In this document: positions 21,033-32,047 of the stretch, piece after piece
Position numbering within the stretch: position 1 is the stretch's first letter
How the letters are laid out: every line of letters begins with the position of its first letter
IMG/VR virus record: IMGVR_UViG_3300028640_000004
Location: 28,200-92,199 of that record
DNA from: a virus
Taxonomy: Duplodnaviria > Caudoviricetes
DNA: 64,000 nt
Direction: 5' to 3' (one strand)
The notes under the pieces: generated by a model
Told to the model about the DNA's origin: nothing
The model's database searches: none
What the model saw: the letters and a program-made list of their open reading frames with translations, nothing else
Program-made: the position numbers and the translations under genes

Positions 21033-21974
21033 ATGACATACGATCCAATTAAGAATAATGTAATCGTTTCTGTCAGCGGTTTATACAATGCAAGTGCAGT
21101 AACAATCACATTAGTCTCTGGAGAAAGAGCAAAACTCTTAGATCCGGCTACCCATGGAGAGTATAACCTTGGGTGGTTTAACATAACAGATTATGCTAGC
21201 CCTCATGAAGATCCTTATGTTGAGTATGTAAGAGTTAAATCATTCTCTGCCACACCAGATGTTATAACTATTCAGAGACCTAGTATATCTAACAACTATA
21301 ATGATGAGGGCACCGAGAATGTTCCAACTACTAAGAATATTACAGGTAAAGAATATGCTATGGGCATGTTCGTTACAAAGAAAATACTACAAGATATCAT
21401 AGATGATAAGGCCGATCTTGTAAGTCCATCATTTACAACACCTGATTTAGGAGTAGCTACAGCTGATAGTATTAATGGAGTAGATATAAATAGTTCCATT
21501 AGTGGCTTCGATATAGAAAAAGCTGGGGAAAGCAAGCTATCTGTAATAGAAGGTGAGGTGATTATACAAGGAGGCGGATCATTTACTTATGAGTTTCCAG
21601 AGAAAAATGGAACAGTAGCAATGCTAGATGATATAGGGGGTACAGGAATATCTTGGGAAGTAACAGGAACACCTACTAAACAGATGGTTATTAACAAGGG
21701 ATATATACCAACTAGTTCTAGCCAAGTAGTATTCACTCTACCAGAACTAGCATCGGTTGGGAGTGTATTAAGAGTATCTGGTTTTGGAGAAGGTGGTTGG
21801 AAAATATTACAACATAATGCCGTTGAAGTATTCATAGGGGATACTAGTACAACAGAAGGAACTTCAGGGTCCCTAGAATCTACACATAAAAGGGATAGTG
21901 TGGAGCTAGTATGTGTAGTAGAAGATTTAAAATGGAATGTGGTGAGTTCCATTGGTAACATAAAGATAAACTAA
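21033..21974 (+). CDS. Tail fibre/appendage protein with C-terminal SSxGNI module
   Basis: Ends GGWKI...DSVELVC...WNVVSSIGNIKIN. Confidence 0.6.
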   Translation: MTYDPIKNNVIVSVSGLYNASAVTITLVSGERAKLLDPATHGEYNLGWFNITDYASPHEDPYVEYVRVKSFSATPDVITIQRPSISNNYNDEGTENVPTTKNITGKEYAMGMFVTKKILQDIIDDKADLVSPSFTTPDLGVATADSINGVDINSSISGFDIEKAGESKLSVIEGEVIIQGGGSFTYEFPEKNGTVAMLDDIGGTGISWEVTGTPTKQMVINKGYIPTSSSQVVFTLPELASVGSVLRVSGFGEGGWKILQHNAVEVFIGDTSTTEGTSGSLESTHKRDSVELVCVVEDLKWNVVSSIGNIKIN

Positions 21975-22043
21975 TATGCCAACAATAACAGGAGTTACAT
22001 CGATAACAATAATAATTCCAGAAGAATAATTAATTAAATTAAT

Positions 22044-23660
22044 ATGGTAAAAACAAGAAACAATTCAGTAAACCTTGAGGTAAAGAATAATGCCGATGGG
22101 TTTGAATTAGGTGGTGGTAGTACTAAACGAGTACTTGGAGTTACTGGTGGTAATGTTACTATTACAGGAGGCGGTGCATATACATACACATTCCCCTCTG
22201 CTAGTGGAACACTTGCTCTTACCACAGACATACCAACATTATCTAGTAAGTTCATAGTACAAGGAACGACAGATGCCAATCTTCCTAATGCACAGTTCTT
22301 AGGAGCTCTTACAACAGGCTTAGTTAAGAACACAACTACTACCGGAGTGTTAAGTATTGCAGTAGCTGGTACTGATTATGTTGCACCTAATGCAGCAATA
22401 ACAGGAGCAACTAAGACTAAGGTTACTTATGATGCAAAAGGATTAGTAACAAGTGGAGCAGACGCTACTACTGCTGATATAGCAGATAGTGCAAACAAGA
22501 GATATTGTACAGATGCACAAAAGGCAGTGATAGATAATACTAGTGGAACCAACTCAGGAGATGAAACAACTTCTACTATTAAGACTAAGTTAGGTGCTGC
22601 TGATACTGATAGTGATGGTTACCTTACTAGTACAGACTGGAATACTTTCAACGGAAAGCAGGCAGCTCTTGGATTTACTCCAGAGAATTCAGCTAATAAG
22701 AATCAGGCTAGTGGATATGTTGGTCTTGAAGCTGATGGAAAGATTAGTTCTAGTTACTTACCAGCTATAGCTATTACAGATACATTTGTAGTAGCCAGTC
22801 AAGCAGCTATGCTTGCACTATCTGCAGCAGATAAAGGAGATATCGCTGTAAGAACTGATGAGAATAAGACTTATATCTTAACAGCATTACCTTATTCTAC
22901 ATTAGCTAATTGGCAATTACTCTTATCTCCAACAGATACAGTCACTAGTGTCTTTGGAAGAACAGGGGCTGTTACAGCTACTAGTGGAGATTATACAGCA
23001 GATCAGATTACAGAGACTGCAACCAGAGTGTTCTTAACTCCAGCACAAAAGACAGTTGCTACACAAGCAGCTTCTGGAAGTCAGAATGGATATTTATCTA
23101 GTACAGATTGGACAACCTTTAATAGTAAACAAGCTGCTTTATCTATAGCTTCTGCTGCTGATCTAAGAACAGGAACAGATAACGCTAAGTTAGTTACTTG
23201 TAAGACTATTAAAGATTCCCTTAATGTACCTAATGTAGCTCCAGGAGCAGCAGGAAATGTAATGACATCTGATGGAACCAACTGGACAAGCAGCGCTCCT
23301 TCTAATAGTACAGATGATATTACTACTGATTCAACTCTTACAGCTAGGGATAGTATTACATTAGTTAGAGCGAACAAAGCTTCTACACTTTTGACTATAA
23401 CGCTACCATCAGCCAGTGGTTTGACAGTAGGTAAATCAATCTATAAAATAGTAGGTATAGGAACAGGCGGATGGAAGATCGCACAGAACGCAGCTGATAC
23501 TATTATCTTTGGAGATACAAGCACTACCAAAGGGACAGGTGGATATATCTCAAGTACAGATAACAGGGATTGTGTAGAGCTTGCGCTAGTATATAAGAAC
23601 GGAACTAGTGATTATCATTGGCAAGTAATAAGTTCAGTAGGTAACATAACAATGGCATAG
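22044..23660 (+). CDS. Tail fibre protein
   Basis: Fibre motifs (TKVTYDAKGLVTSG, GYLTSTDW.TFN.KQ twice, VTSVFGRTGAVT); C-terminal SSVGNITMA module. Confidence 0.7.
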   Translation: MVKTRNNSVNLEVKNNADGFELGGGSTKRVLGVTGGNVTITGGGAYTYTFPSASGTLALTTDIPTLSSKFIVQGTTDANLPNAQFLGALTTGLVKNTTTTGVLSIAVAGTDYVAPNAAITGATKTKVTYDAKGLVTSGADATTADIADSANKRYCTDAQKAVIDNTSGTNSGDETTSTIKTKLGAADTDSDGYLTSTDWNTFNGKQAALGFTPENSANKNQASGYVGLEADGKISSSYLPAIAITDTFVVASQAAMLALSAADKGDIAVRTDENKTYILTALPYSTLANWQLLLSPTDTVTSVFGRTGAVTATSGDYTADQITETATRVFLTPAQKTVATQAASGSQNGYLSSTDWTTFNSKQAALSIASAADLRTGTDNAKLVTCKTIKDSLNVPNVAPGAAGNVMTSDGTNWTSSAPSNSTDDITTDSTLTARDSITLVRANKASTLLTITLPSASGLTVGKSIYKIVGIGTGGWKIAQNAADTIIFGDTSTTKGTGGYISSTDNRDCVELALVYKNGTSDYHWQVISSVGNITMA

Positions 23661-23662
23661 TC

Positions 23663-24088
23663 ATGGTAAAACAAAATAGCATAAATAAAGCAAGTGAAGA
23701 ACTAGAGATTGATAACAGTCAGTGGCTTAAGTCCACTGACTCTAGTGGCACTGGAGAGATCAATGTAATCAGAGTTAACTCAGATGATGAGATTGATATA
23801 GGAGCCAAACTTAACATTGGAGAAATAGAGGCTTATCCAGACTCTGGACTTGTTGTGCTATGTGATTTACCTGTTACCTCTAACTCTCCAGATGGTACTG
23901 AGATGTCTTGGACTATAAAGGTCGGAGCAACGAACATATTAAAAATCTATGCTGAATCTAATGGAGCTGGCGGAGTTGATACTTTCAAAGTAAGACTGCT
24001 TAATAAAGCAGTTCTTACTATGGAAGATAGTGCAGGTACAACTCATACATACACATCAGATACAGATGGTAGTTTAATAGTATCATAA
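23663..24088 (+). CDS. Fibre-associated protein (MVKQNS N-terminus)
   Basis: 141 aa, beta-rich. Confidence 0.55.
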   Translation: MVKQNSINKASEELEIDNSQWLKSTDSSGTGEINVIRVNSDDEIDIGAKLNIGEIEAYPDSGLVVLCDLPVTSNSPDGTEMSWTIKVGATNILKIYAESNGAGGVDTFKVRLLNKAVLTMEDSAGTTHTYTSDTDGSLIVS

Positions 24089-24089
24089 G

Positions 24090-27000
24090 ATGGCAAATAG
24101 ATATTGGAGAGGTGGATCAGGAAACATAAATGATACAGCACATTGGGCAGAAACAGACGGAGGTGCTGGAGGTTTTTCTGTACCAACTCGTTCTGATAAT
24201 GCATTCTTCACAAGCCTTTCTCATACTACAGACTATACAGTTACTATTAATGCGGCATTCGAATGCTTAGATTTTAATATGGACGGGCCAGCTAGTGGAA
24301 AAGTAACTTGGGCTGGTACATCTACAATGGGAGTATATGGAAATCTAAATCTTACAGGTGGATCCTCTAAGATTACACGAACATATTCAGGAACTCTTTC
24401 TATGAAGGCTACTTCTGGTACTAAGAACATTACTACTAATGGAGCTACCTTAAGAAACTTTACTATGAATGGATCAGGAGGGACTTTTCAATTGCAAGAT
24501 GATCTATGGATAGATGCTAACGCAGCAACCTTTACATTGTCTAGATCAGCTGGAACATTTAATGCAAATGGAAAAGTTGTTTATATAAGGAATTGTTATG
24601 CTGGAACAATCTCAGGATTCACTGGAACATCTACAAATAGATTCTATGATCTAGATATCTTAGGACTTGCTTCTCAACAAACTAGGATATCTATGGGAGA
24701 TAGACAAGGAATGAATATAGCTAATAAGCTTACAGCTAAAGGACAAGCTCCTGGAAGTACTTATGATAATAGCAGGTTACTTATTCATACATCTAAAATC
24801 GGAACAATCTCTGGTCCATATACATTAAATGCTGCAATAGTAGAGGCAGAGTATTTAGATATTGGAGGATTTAAAGTAGGAGGCGGAGCTGATTGGGATC
24901 TATCTGATATTCCTGGAGGATGTGGAGATGTTGGTGGCAATGTAGGGATTACATTTACAACAGGAGTCACTAGGACATGGACTAATGCCGATGGTGGATC
25001 ATGGAATAAATTATCTAATTGGAATACAGGAGTGCCATTACCTCAAGACAATTGTAATATGGGAATTGCTTATAATGCAGGTGCAGTAATAACTACAGAA
25101 AAAACAGTAATGGGAAAGAATATAGATTTTTCTGGAGCAACTGGTAATCCAACACTTACAATGGGTAATTGTAATTACGGTTCTAACAATATTATATGTG
25201 GGAACCTTACCCTTATAGAGGGAATGACATTTAACCATTCTAAAAGGAGGTTAATATTTCTAGGAACAGATCCTATATATATTACTAGTGCAGGCAAAAG
25301 GTTCTATCATATTGGTGGTAATCAGAATACCATACACCTACAAGACGCTTTATATGCAGAAGGAAGTACATATATGGGGTGTGGATTTGATTCACATGGA
25401 TATCAGATCAATGCTTTATCATGGAGATCAGATAATGGACAGCTCTCTTCTGCCATGAGTAACAATACATGGAATTTTAGAGATAGTAAGATCTATGTTA
25501 TAGGTGTTAATAATAGTGATGCTTATTATAATCTACATGTAAATACTGTAGCATCTGAAGACGCTTACTTAGAAATATCAGGACCACATGAAGGTGCTTA
25601 TTATAGATGTTTATTTCGTAGTTATGGAACATCATTCAAAGGAAAGATCTTTATAAATACATTGAATCCAACTATATTTTCATGGGCTACAACTAGTGGA
25701 TATAAATATGATTCATTTATAAATGAGGTTAAGGTGAAGGCAGGAGGTACATTGGGATTATGCGAAGGAAAGACCGCTACTATAAATAACATAATCTCTT
25801 TGGGGACGGCAACTAATCCAGTAAAACTAAGAAGCTCTACAGACGGGACTACAGCCAGTATGACATGTGGTAACCTTATCAATACACAACACTTAGATAT
25901 AAAAGACATAACATGCCTTACTCCTAATAAGATGTATGTTGGTAAAGATTCTGTTAATAGTGGTAATATTAGTGGCTTTACTTTTGGAAGCGCTGCTTTT
26001 GTTAAAACAAATAGTTTACAGAAAGGACTTATAAATAATTGGTATTTAGATTCTATCAATGAATCAAAGGATGTGACTCAATCAGGTAATAACGGAATAA
26101 AAACAGATATAACTTATACAACTGATAGATCTGGAAAAATAAATAATGCATACAGCTTCAATGGATCAACAAGCAATATAGAATTAACAAACACTGGCTT
26201 AATGGCCTCTGTCGCAAAATCGGTATCTTGTTGGATTAAAATAGATAGTGATTGCAGTGCCTTTGGAAGAATATTTAATCACAACATAACTGGAAGTCAA
26301 TGGGTTTTTACACTTGCAGGTCTTAGTGGGGGTTTATATAGAATAGGCGGTACTCCAGATAACAACTCTCATTATGGGGGAACTACTAATTACATTTTAG
26401 ATATTGACATTTGGTATCATGTTGTTATGACTTTCGATGAATCTACATATAAATTATATGTAGATGGGGTGGAATATACTCCATCTACAGTAACTGGTTC
26501 TTTTGGTTTTTCAGATACAGGAAAAGTATATATTGGAAGAGGAAGTATTTATCCATTTAAAGGGTCAATAAGTGATGTAAAAATTTACAACAGAGCTTTA
26601 AGTCTTAATGAGATATTATTCTTATATCAATCAAATAAACCTAATATATGTCTAAACTCTCTCAATAAAGGATTAGAAACATTTTTAAAATTAGATAAGA
26701 ATTTAAAAGATTCTAGTGCATATGAAAATGATGCGACTCAATATCTTACAAGTAATTTCCTTCCAAATGGAAAAGGTTTATTATTTAATGATTCGTATAT
26801 TACTACAAGTAAATTCTTTATAGGTTCTAAAAAGAAATTTAGTTTATCTTTCTGGGCGAAACCTTTTATAAAAAGAGCATTATTCTCATGTGAAGCAAGT
26901 AATTCTTTTAGGATAGATATTTGGGGAGATGCTTTTAACAGCAATATAGTTTCTCAGAATGGTACAGTTTATTATTATTATGGCATGCCAATACCACTAA

Positions 27001-27887
27001 ATGTAATGTCTTTAATAACTATTACTGTAGATAATGAGGTTGTTAAGTATTACATAGATAATGTTCTTAAAAGAACAACAACTATGGATAGTGTTATAGC
27101 TGATTCAATCAGTTCATATAAGATAGCCTTAGGTAGAAGCGTAGCAGGAACAGGACATTTTAACGGAGTAATGAAGAATGCGAGATTATTTAATAGAGCA
27201 ATAACACAAGAAGAAGTCAATTTAATATATAACACCGAGAAGAATTCTTATGAAAACGGTTTAATGGGTTTATATAAATTAGATAACATTACTGGTGCAA
27301 ATGATTTAAGTGAGTTTGGCTTAAATGGAGAAACAGTTGGAACCACATTAACAACAGATAAAGATGGCAACGCAGATAAGGCTTACGCCTTTAATGGTAC
27401 AAGTGATTATATAAGAGTTCTTTATAATGCAGCTCAAGCCCCTAGAGAAGGACTTACGGTAGGCGCTTGGATGTATAGACCAGTTTGGACAGAGTCTACA
27501 ACAAGATCAATCATATCTAAAACAGAAGGAGGAGGTTATTTAATACAGTGTGTAAGTGGATATTTAAGAGGGTTTATTTACGCAAATGGAGGATATAGAA
27601 ACCCCCAAGTAGCATTAAGTACATTATCAGCAGGATGGCATTCTATATACTTAACATACGACAAAAGATATGCAAGACTGTGGGTTGATGGAGTTAATGT
27701 AAATACAGTTGATTTAGGAGCAACTTATCCTATTGCATATTCATCAGCAAATGCTTTAGCTATAGGATGTGAAGCAACTGGAGGAGCGACTCCAAGTGGA
27801 CAATACTTTGACGGTTCTATATATGATGTTAGAATATATAATAGAGCCCTAACGGAAACAGAATTATTAGCAATATATAATCAATAA
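24090..27887 (+). CDS. Large adhesin: beta-helix-like N-terminus plus three LamG/concanavalin-like domains
   Basis: Three repeats ending ISDVKIYNRALS / MKNARLFNRAIT / IYDVRIYNRALT. Confidence 0.8.
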   Translation: MANRYWRGGSGNINDTAHWAETDGGAGGFSVPTRSDNAFFTSLSHTTDYTVTINAAFECLDFNMDGPASGKVTWAGTSTMGVYGNLNLTGGSSKITRTYSGTLSMKATSGTKNITTNGATLRNFTMNGSGGTFQLQDDLWIDANAATFTLSRSAGTFNANGKVVYIRNCYAGTISGFTGTSTNRFYDLDILGLASQQTRISMGDRQGMNIANKLTAKGQAPGSTYDNSRLLIHTSKIGTISGPYTLNAAIVEAEYLDIGGFKVGGGADWDLSDIPGGCGDVGGNVGITFTTGVTRTWTNADGGSWNKLSNWNTGVPLPQDNCNMGIAYNAGAVITTEKTVMGKNIDFSGATGNPTLTMGNCNYGSNNIICGNLTLIEGMTFNHSKRRLIFLGTDPIYITSAGKRFYHIGGNQNTIHLQDALYAEGSTYMGCGFDSHGYQINALSWRSDNGQLSSAMSNNTWNFRDSKIYVIGVNNSDAYYNLHVNTVASEDAYLEISGPHEGAYYRCLFRSYGTSFKGKIFINTLNPTIFSWATTSGYKYDSFINEVKVKAGGTLGLCEGKTATINNIISLGTATNPVKLRSSTDGTTASMTCGNLINTQHLDIKDITCLTPNKMYVGKDSVNSGNISGFTFGSAAFVKTNSLQKGLINNWYLDSINESKDVTQSGNNGIKTDITYTTDRSGKINNAYSFNGSTSNIELTNTGLMASVAKSVSCWIKIDSDCSAFGRIFNHNITGSQWVFTLAGLSGGLYRIGGTPDNNSHYGGTTNYILDIDIWYHVVMTFDESTYKLYVDGVEYTPSTVTGSFGFSDTGKVYIGRGSIYPFKGSISDVKIYNRALSLNEILFLYQSNKPNICLNSLNKGLETFLKLDKNLKDSSAYENDATQYLTSNFLPNGKGLLFNDSYITTSKFFIGSKKKFSLSFWAKPFIKRALFSCEASNSFRIDIWGDAFNSNIVSQNGTVYYYYGMPIPLNVMSLITITVDNEVVKYYIDNVLKRTTTMDSVIADSISSYKIALGRSVAGTGHFNGVMKNARLFNRAITQEEVNLIYNTEKNSYENGLMGLYKLDNITGANDLSEFGLNGETVGTTLTTDKDGNADKAYAFNGTSDYIRVLYNAAQAPREGLTVGAWMYRPVWTESTTRSIISKTEGGGYLIQCVSGYLRGFIYANGGYRNPQVALSTLSAGWHSIYLTYDKRYARLWVDGVNVNTVDLGATYPIAYSSANALAIGCEATGGATPSGQYFDGSIYDVRIYNRALTETELLAIYNQ

Positions 27888-27888
27888 T

Positions 27889-28977
27889 ATGAGTGATAAA
27901 CTAAGAGTATCAAAGTCAGGAACAGGTGCACCTACATCTGTTACTCCTAATTTCATTGGACAGTTCTATCTCAATGAAACTAATGGAGATGTATACAAAG
28001 CATTCGGAACTAGTTCCGGTAATTGGTATAAGATACCGGTACTAGATGCTTCTGGAAATATATCAGCTACTAATCTATCTGGTACAAATACAGGAGATCA
28101 AACAAATGTAAGTGGATCCTCTGGATCCTGTACTGGTAATGCAGCTACTGCTACTAAGTTAGCAGCCACAAAGAATATTAACGGAGTGGCATTTGATGGA
28201 AGTGCTGATATAACAATACCTACCGGAACACTACCAGTTACATCCATTAATACTAGTACATCGGCTGCGGTTAATAATGCTTATGTAATCACAGGTGGTA
28301 CAACAGTTGTTACATTACCAGCAGTATGTGCAGTAGGAGACAAGGTTATTGTGATCAATCAAGCTAATGCAAATCCAACAGCAGCTAAAGTAGTTCCAGC
28401 TTCAGGAGATACAATAGCAAGAGTAACTTATGGGTTTGCTAACGTTGACTCAACTGGATATATTGGACTAATGAGATATGCATCTATAGAGCTAACATGT
28501 ATAGTTGCTAATAGCGAATGGACAATAACAGGAGGTGGAAGTTCTTACAGCGTAAAACCAACTAGTACCTCTTCGATAGAGACTAGTGATATAACTAGAG
28601 GAATTGGATACAACGCAGTTAAACCTTTAATATTAGCAGTAGATACAACACTAGACAGTAGCAATACTTCTAGTAGCGGTATTACAGTTATTAAAGCAAA
28701 TAAAGAAACGTTATTGGTCTTAACATTATCAGAATCAGGATCTGAAGCAGGACAGATAATTAAAGTAGTTGGAGTTGGAGCAGGTGGTTGGAAGATCGCG
28801 CAACCTGCTGCTGATTGTCAGATCTTCTTTGGAAGTAAAGCAACTACACCAGGTACTGGAGGATATCTTCAAAGTACAGAAGCTCATAATTGCATAGAAC
28901 TATATTGCAATGCATGCAATGGGATATCGTCCCAGTGGACAGTTATTAGTTCAGTTGGTAATATAACTATAGTATAA
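27889..28977 (+). CDS. Tail fibre protein with SSVGNITIV C-terminal module
   Basis: GNAATATKLAA..INGVAFDGSADITI fibre motif; one complete and one degenerate module. Confidence 0.7.
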   Translation: MSDKLRVSKSGTGAPTSVTPNFIGQFYLNETNGDVYKAFGTSSGNWYKIPVLDASGNISATNLSGTNTGDQTNVSGSSGSCTGNAATATKLAATKNINGVAFDGSADITIPTGTLPVTSINTSTSAAVNNAYVITGGTTVVTLPAVCAVGDKVIVINQANANPTAAKVVPASGDTIARVTYGFANVDSTGYIGLMRYASIELTCIVANSEWTITGGGSSYSVKPTSTSSIETSDITRGIGYNAVKPLILAVDTTLDSSNTSSSGITVIKANKETLLVLTLSESGSEAGQIIKVVGVGAGGWKIAQPAADCQIFFGSKATTPGTGGYLQSTEAHNCIELYCNACNGISSQWTVISSVGNITIV

Positions 28978-28981
28978 ACAT

Positions 28982-29347
28982 ATGGCAAAACAAAATTCCG
29001 TAGACACAGACATAGATGTTATTGTTACCAAGAGTACTACTACAACTACTAGTGCGGCAGCTCCTGCACCAGTAGGAAGTAGTATGAGTAACGATTACTT
29101 CCTTACAGCATTAGCAGAGGGCGCTACGTTCGCTGCTCCTTCTGGTACATTAGTTAATGGGAACAAGCTTTTAATAAGAATAAAAGATAACGGAACAGCC
29201 AGAGCGTTAGCCTGGAATGCTGTCTACAGGTCGGTAGGCGCAGTTCTACCAACTACAACCGTCATTAATAAGACACTATATGTAGGCTTTGTTTACAATA
29301 GTGCCGCATCTAAATGGGATTGTATTGGAGTAAATCAAGAAGTATAA
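28982..29347 (+). CDS. Fibre adaptor-like protein (MAKQNS N-terminus)
   Basis: 121 aa; ..LLIRIKDNGTARALAWN..Y....KWDC module. Confidence 0.55.
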   Translation: MAKQNSVDTDIDVIVTKSTTTTTSAAAPAPVGSSMSNDYFLTALAEGATFAAPSGTLVNGNKLLIRIKDNGTARALAWNAVYRSVGAVLPTTTVINKTLYVGFVYNSAASKWDCIGVNQEV

Positions 29348-29351
29348 ATAT

Positions 29352-30569
29352 ATGGCAATAGATTGGAAACAAAAAGCGTCTAATATTAGATGGACCAGTG
29401 TATGTAGTTCTTCAACTGGACAAATAATATACGCATCATCAGCATTAGATAATTTATATAAATCAACTGATTATGGAGAAAGTTTTTCTAAATTAACAAA
29501 CTCACCACAATACGGAAGTGCATGTACCTGTAGTAGTGATGGTTCTAAAGTTATAGCTTATGATAATTCTGGAGGATATTATTTATATATATCAACAGAT
29601 GGTGGAAGTTCTTGGACAAGTAAAGGTAGTTTAAATCAGTTCGCTAATACTTGTGCTATAAAAACTAGTAACAATTTTCAATATATAGTATTAGTTGTTA
29701 ATAATGGATATATATGGATATCTACTGATTATGGAGACACCTGGACACAAAAAGGAGAATCAAGAGGTTGGAGAGGTTGCACAGTATCTGATGATGGTAG
29801 CAAGATGATAGCAGTAGAAGCGGGAGGGAGGATATGGGCATCTACAGACTATGGCTCAACATGGTCACAAAAAAGTTCTGGAAATGGTCCACTAACTGCT
29901 ATTTGCGGGAATAGTGATTTGTCTAAATGTTACATTTGTAAGTATGGAGGAAAGATTTTTACAACAACAGACCTAGGAGTTAACCTTTCTGAAATATCTT
30001 CATCTTCAACAGCTAATTATCTTACAATTAGCTGTGATTCTGATAGCAGAAAAATACTAGCAGGATTAGGGGATAATGGTGTTATTGTATCAGAGGATGA
30101 AGGATCCTCATGGACAGCTTATAATACCTACGGAAAATGTTATGTAAGTGTTTCTAATAATGAAGAAGTTTTAATACTAGCACAAGACAGTAGTAATGGA
30201 TATGTTTACATATCAAGAGAATCCACTCCAGTAGCACCAACAGTAACTACTCAAGACTGTACTAGTATAGGATCTACAGGAGCTACAGGTAACGGAAACA
30301 TTACAGCAACAGGAGGAGCGGATTGTACTAGAAGAGGATTCTGTTATATGACAGGAACATCAGGTGATCCTACCACTGCTAATAGCGTGGCTTATGATGA
30401 TGGTACATTTGGTACAGGCGCATATACTAAGGCTATTACTGGATTATCAGCCAGTACCGGATATAGAGTTAGGGCTTATGCTGTTAATACTGAAGGAACT
30501 TCTTATGGAACAACAGTACAACTAACGACAGCAGCACCAGCAGCAGGATTAATAATGATGTTCGAATAA
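29352..30569 (+). CDS. BNR/Asp-box beta-propeller plus Fn3-like domain
   Basis: Repeated STDYG..W Asp-boxes; C-terminal PTVTT...YRVRAYAVN..G..YG. Confidence 0.75.
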   Translation: MAIDWKQKASNIRWTSVCSSSTGQIIYASSALDNLYKSTDYGESFSKLTNSPQYGSACTCSSDGSKVIAYDNSGGYYLYISTDGGSSWTSKGSLNQFANTCAIKTSNNFQYIVLVVNNGYIWISTDYGDTWTQKGESRGWRGCTVSDDGSKMIAVEAGGRIWASTDYGSTWSQKSSGNGPLTAICGNSDLSKCYICKYGGKIFTTTDLGVNLSEISSSSTANYLTISCDSDSRKILAGLGDNGVIVSEDEGSSWTAYNTYGKCYVSVSNNEEVLILAQDSSNGYVYISRESTPVAPTVTTQDCTSIGSTGATGNGNITATGGADCTRRGFCYMTGTSGDPTTANSVAYDDGTFGTGAYTKAITGLSASTGYRVRAYAVNTEGTSYGTTVQLTTAAPAAGLIMMFE

Positions 30570-30577
30570 TATAACAG

Positions 30578-30599
30578 AGGGGCTTTATAGCCCCTTTAT
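30578..30599 (+). terminator. Putative intrinsic terminator
   Basis: AGGGGCT-TTAT-AGCCCCT-TTTA. Confidence 0.5.
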
Positions 30600-30603
30600 A
30601 TCT

Positions 30604-32043
30604 ATGGCAAATAACATACTTATTAAAGATACAATTTATATAGCCGGTGATATAGTTAGAAGTTCTACCGGCAAGATGTATGCCGTTTATGCTAGAGACT
30701 TAAATGGTTTTTCTCAGATATATTATGCAACATCTTTAGATGATGGACTTACTTGGACAGAGACCGGGCGTCTTAGTAATGTTAATAACTACAACCACCA
30801 TGATCCTAGAATGACTATAGACCCTAGTGATAATTGGCATGTTACTTGGGCTGGTCAATATTCAACAAATTACACTACAGATCAAATAATATACACAAGA
30901 TCTGATGGTATCGTTAATGTAACATATGAATCAACAGCTCAAGCTAATCCAAGAATAGTATCAGACTCTCAAGGGAACCTAAGCTTCTTGTGGGAGGGGC
31001 CATCTGGTGGGAGTCAGACCATATGGTTTAGACAACTTTTAGTGTCCGGAGGATGGCAAACAGCACAGAACATAGCATCAGTCTATGGTTATAATGATCA
31101 TGTTGGAGATCTTTGTGTGGGGCCCGATGACAGTATTCATGCTGTGTGGTCTGGAGTAATGTATGGTTATGCCCCATATCATGCTATTCATTATAGAAAG
31201 TATAGTAATTCAACCTGGGGACAAACTCAATATTGTAAAGTTGATTATACAGATTGCATCTCTCCTTCTATTGTAGTAGATTTTAATTCAATTGCTCATA
31301 TAGTTTTTGCAGCATCTAATGAATTAAAGTACTTCTATTATCCAGGCCCTCCAAACATAACAGCATTAGGTAGTGTTGGAACACTTGATCCCACTACCAT
31401 TACTCCAGACATTTCTTTATATAGGAACGGAGATCTTATAGTTTCATGGTCAGATGATGCTAGTCAGAATATCTGTTATAGGAAATATACAGGATCTTGG
31501 GAAAGCAAACAAACTATAGATGTTTCTAGTTTATCTACTGGAGCGCAAAAAGGTCCTGTGTTCTTATGTGGTAGTATCGTTCCATATATCAATGGTCATT
31601 ATACAAATCTTGTAACAGGCGGGGTTGGATTAGCTATTAGTCTATGGAAAACAACTAGTGGTAAGTCAGCTGTATTTCATGAGAATGCTTTGACTTGGGA
31701 CTCTATTCCAGTTATCCCAACAGTAACAACTGGAAGCCTAGGAACTAAGACGTCTTATTCCTTTAATATCACAGGAGAAGTAACTAAGGATGGTAACTCT
31801 ACAATTATAAGTAGAGGATTTTGCATGATAGAAGGTGACATTGAAACCCCTACAATATATGATAAAATAGATCTTAATAGTGGTGTACCTGGTGTTGGAG
31901 CTTTCTCAAACAATGTTAGTGGAGTTAAAGCTAATACTAGTTACCGAGTTAGGGCGTTTGCTATCAATGACATTGGAGTTGGCTATGGAGAAACCATAAC
32001 AATTACAACTAATAATATAAAAGGATTACTAATAAAATTCTAA
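30604..32043 (+). CDS. Sialidase-like beta-propeller plus Fn3-like domain
   Basis: SLDDGLTW Asp-box, D..HV.W blades; C-terminal domain paralogous to that of 29352. Confidence 0.7.
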   Translation: MANNILIKDTIYIAGDIVRSSTGKMYAVYARDLNGFSQIYYATSLDDGLTWTETGRLSNVNNYNHHDPRMTIDPSDNWHVTWAGQYSTNYTTDQIIYTRSDGIVNVTYESTAQANPRIVSDSQGNLSFLWEGPSGGSQTIWFRQLLVSGGWQTAQNIASVYGYNDHVGDLCVGPDDSIHAVWSGVMYGYAPYHAIHYRKYSNSTWGQTQYCKVDYTDCISPSIVVDFNSIAHIVFAASNELKYFYYPGPPNITALGSVGTLDPTTITPDISLYRNGDLIVSWSDDASQNICYRKYTGSWESKQTIDVSSLSTGAQKGPVFLCGSIVPYINGHYTNLVTGGVGLAISLWKTTSGKSAVFHENALTWDSIPVIPTVTTGSLGTKTSYSFNITGEVTKDGNSTIISRGFCMIEGDIETPTIYDKIDLNSGVPGVGAFSNNVSGVKANTSYRVRAFAINDIGVGYGETITITTNNIKGLLIKF

Positions 32044-32047
32044 ATAA

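Noticed and set aside
21033-32043. Diversity-generating retroelement acting on the adhesins
   Set aside because: No reverse transcriptase and no template/variable repeat pair differing only at adenines; shared modules diverge at all bases
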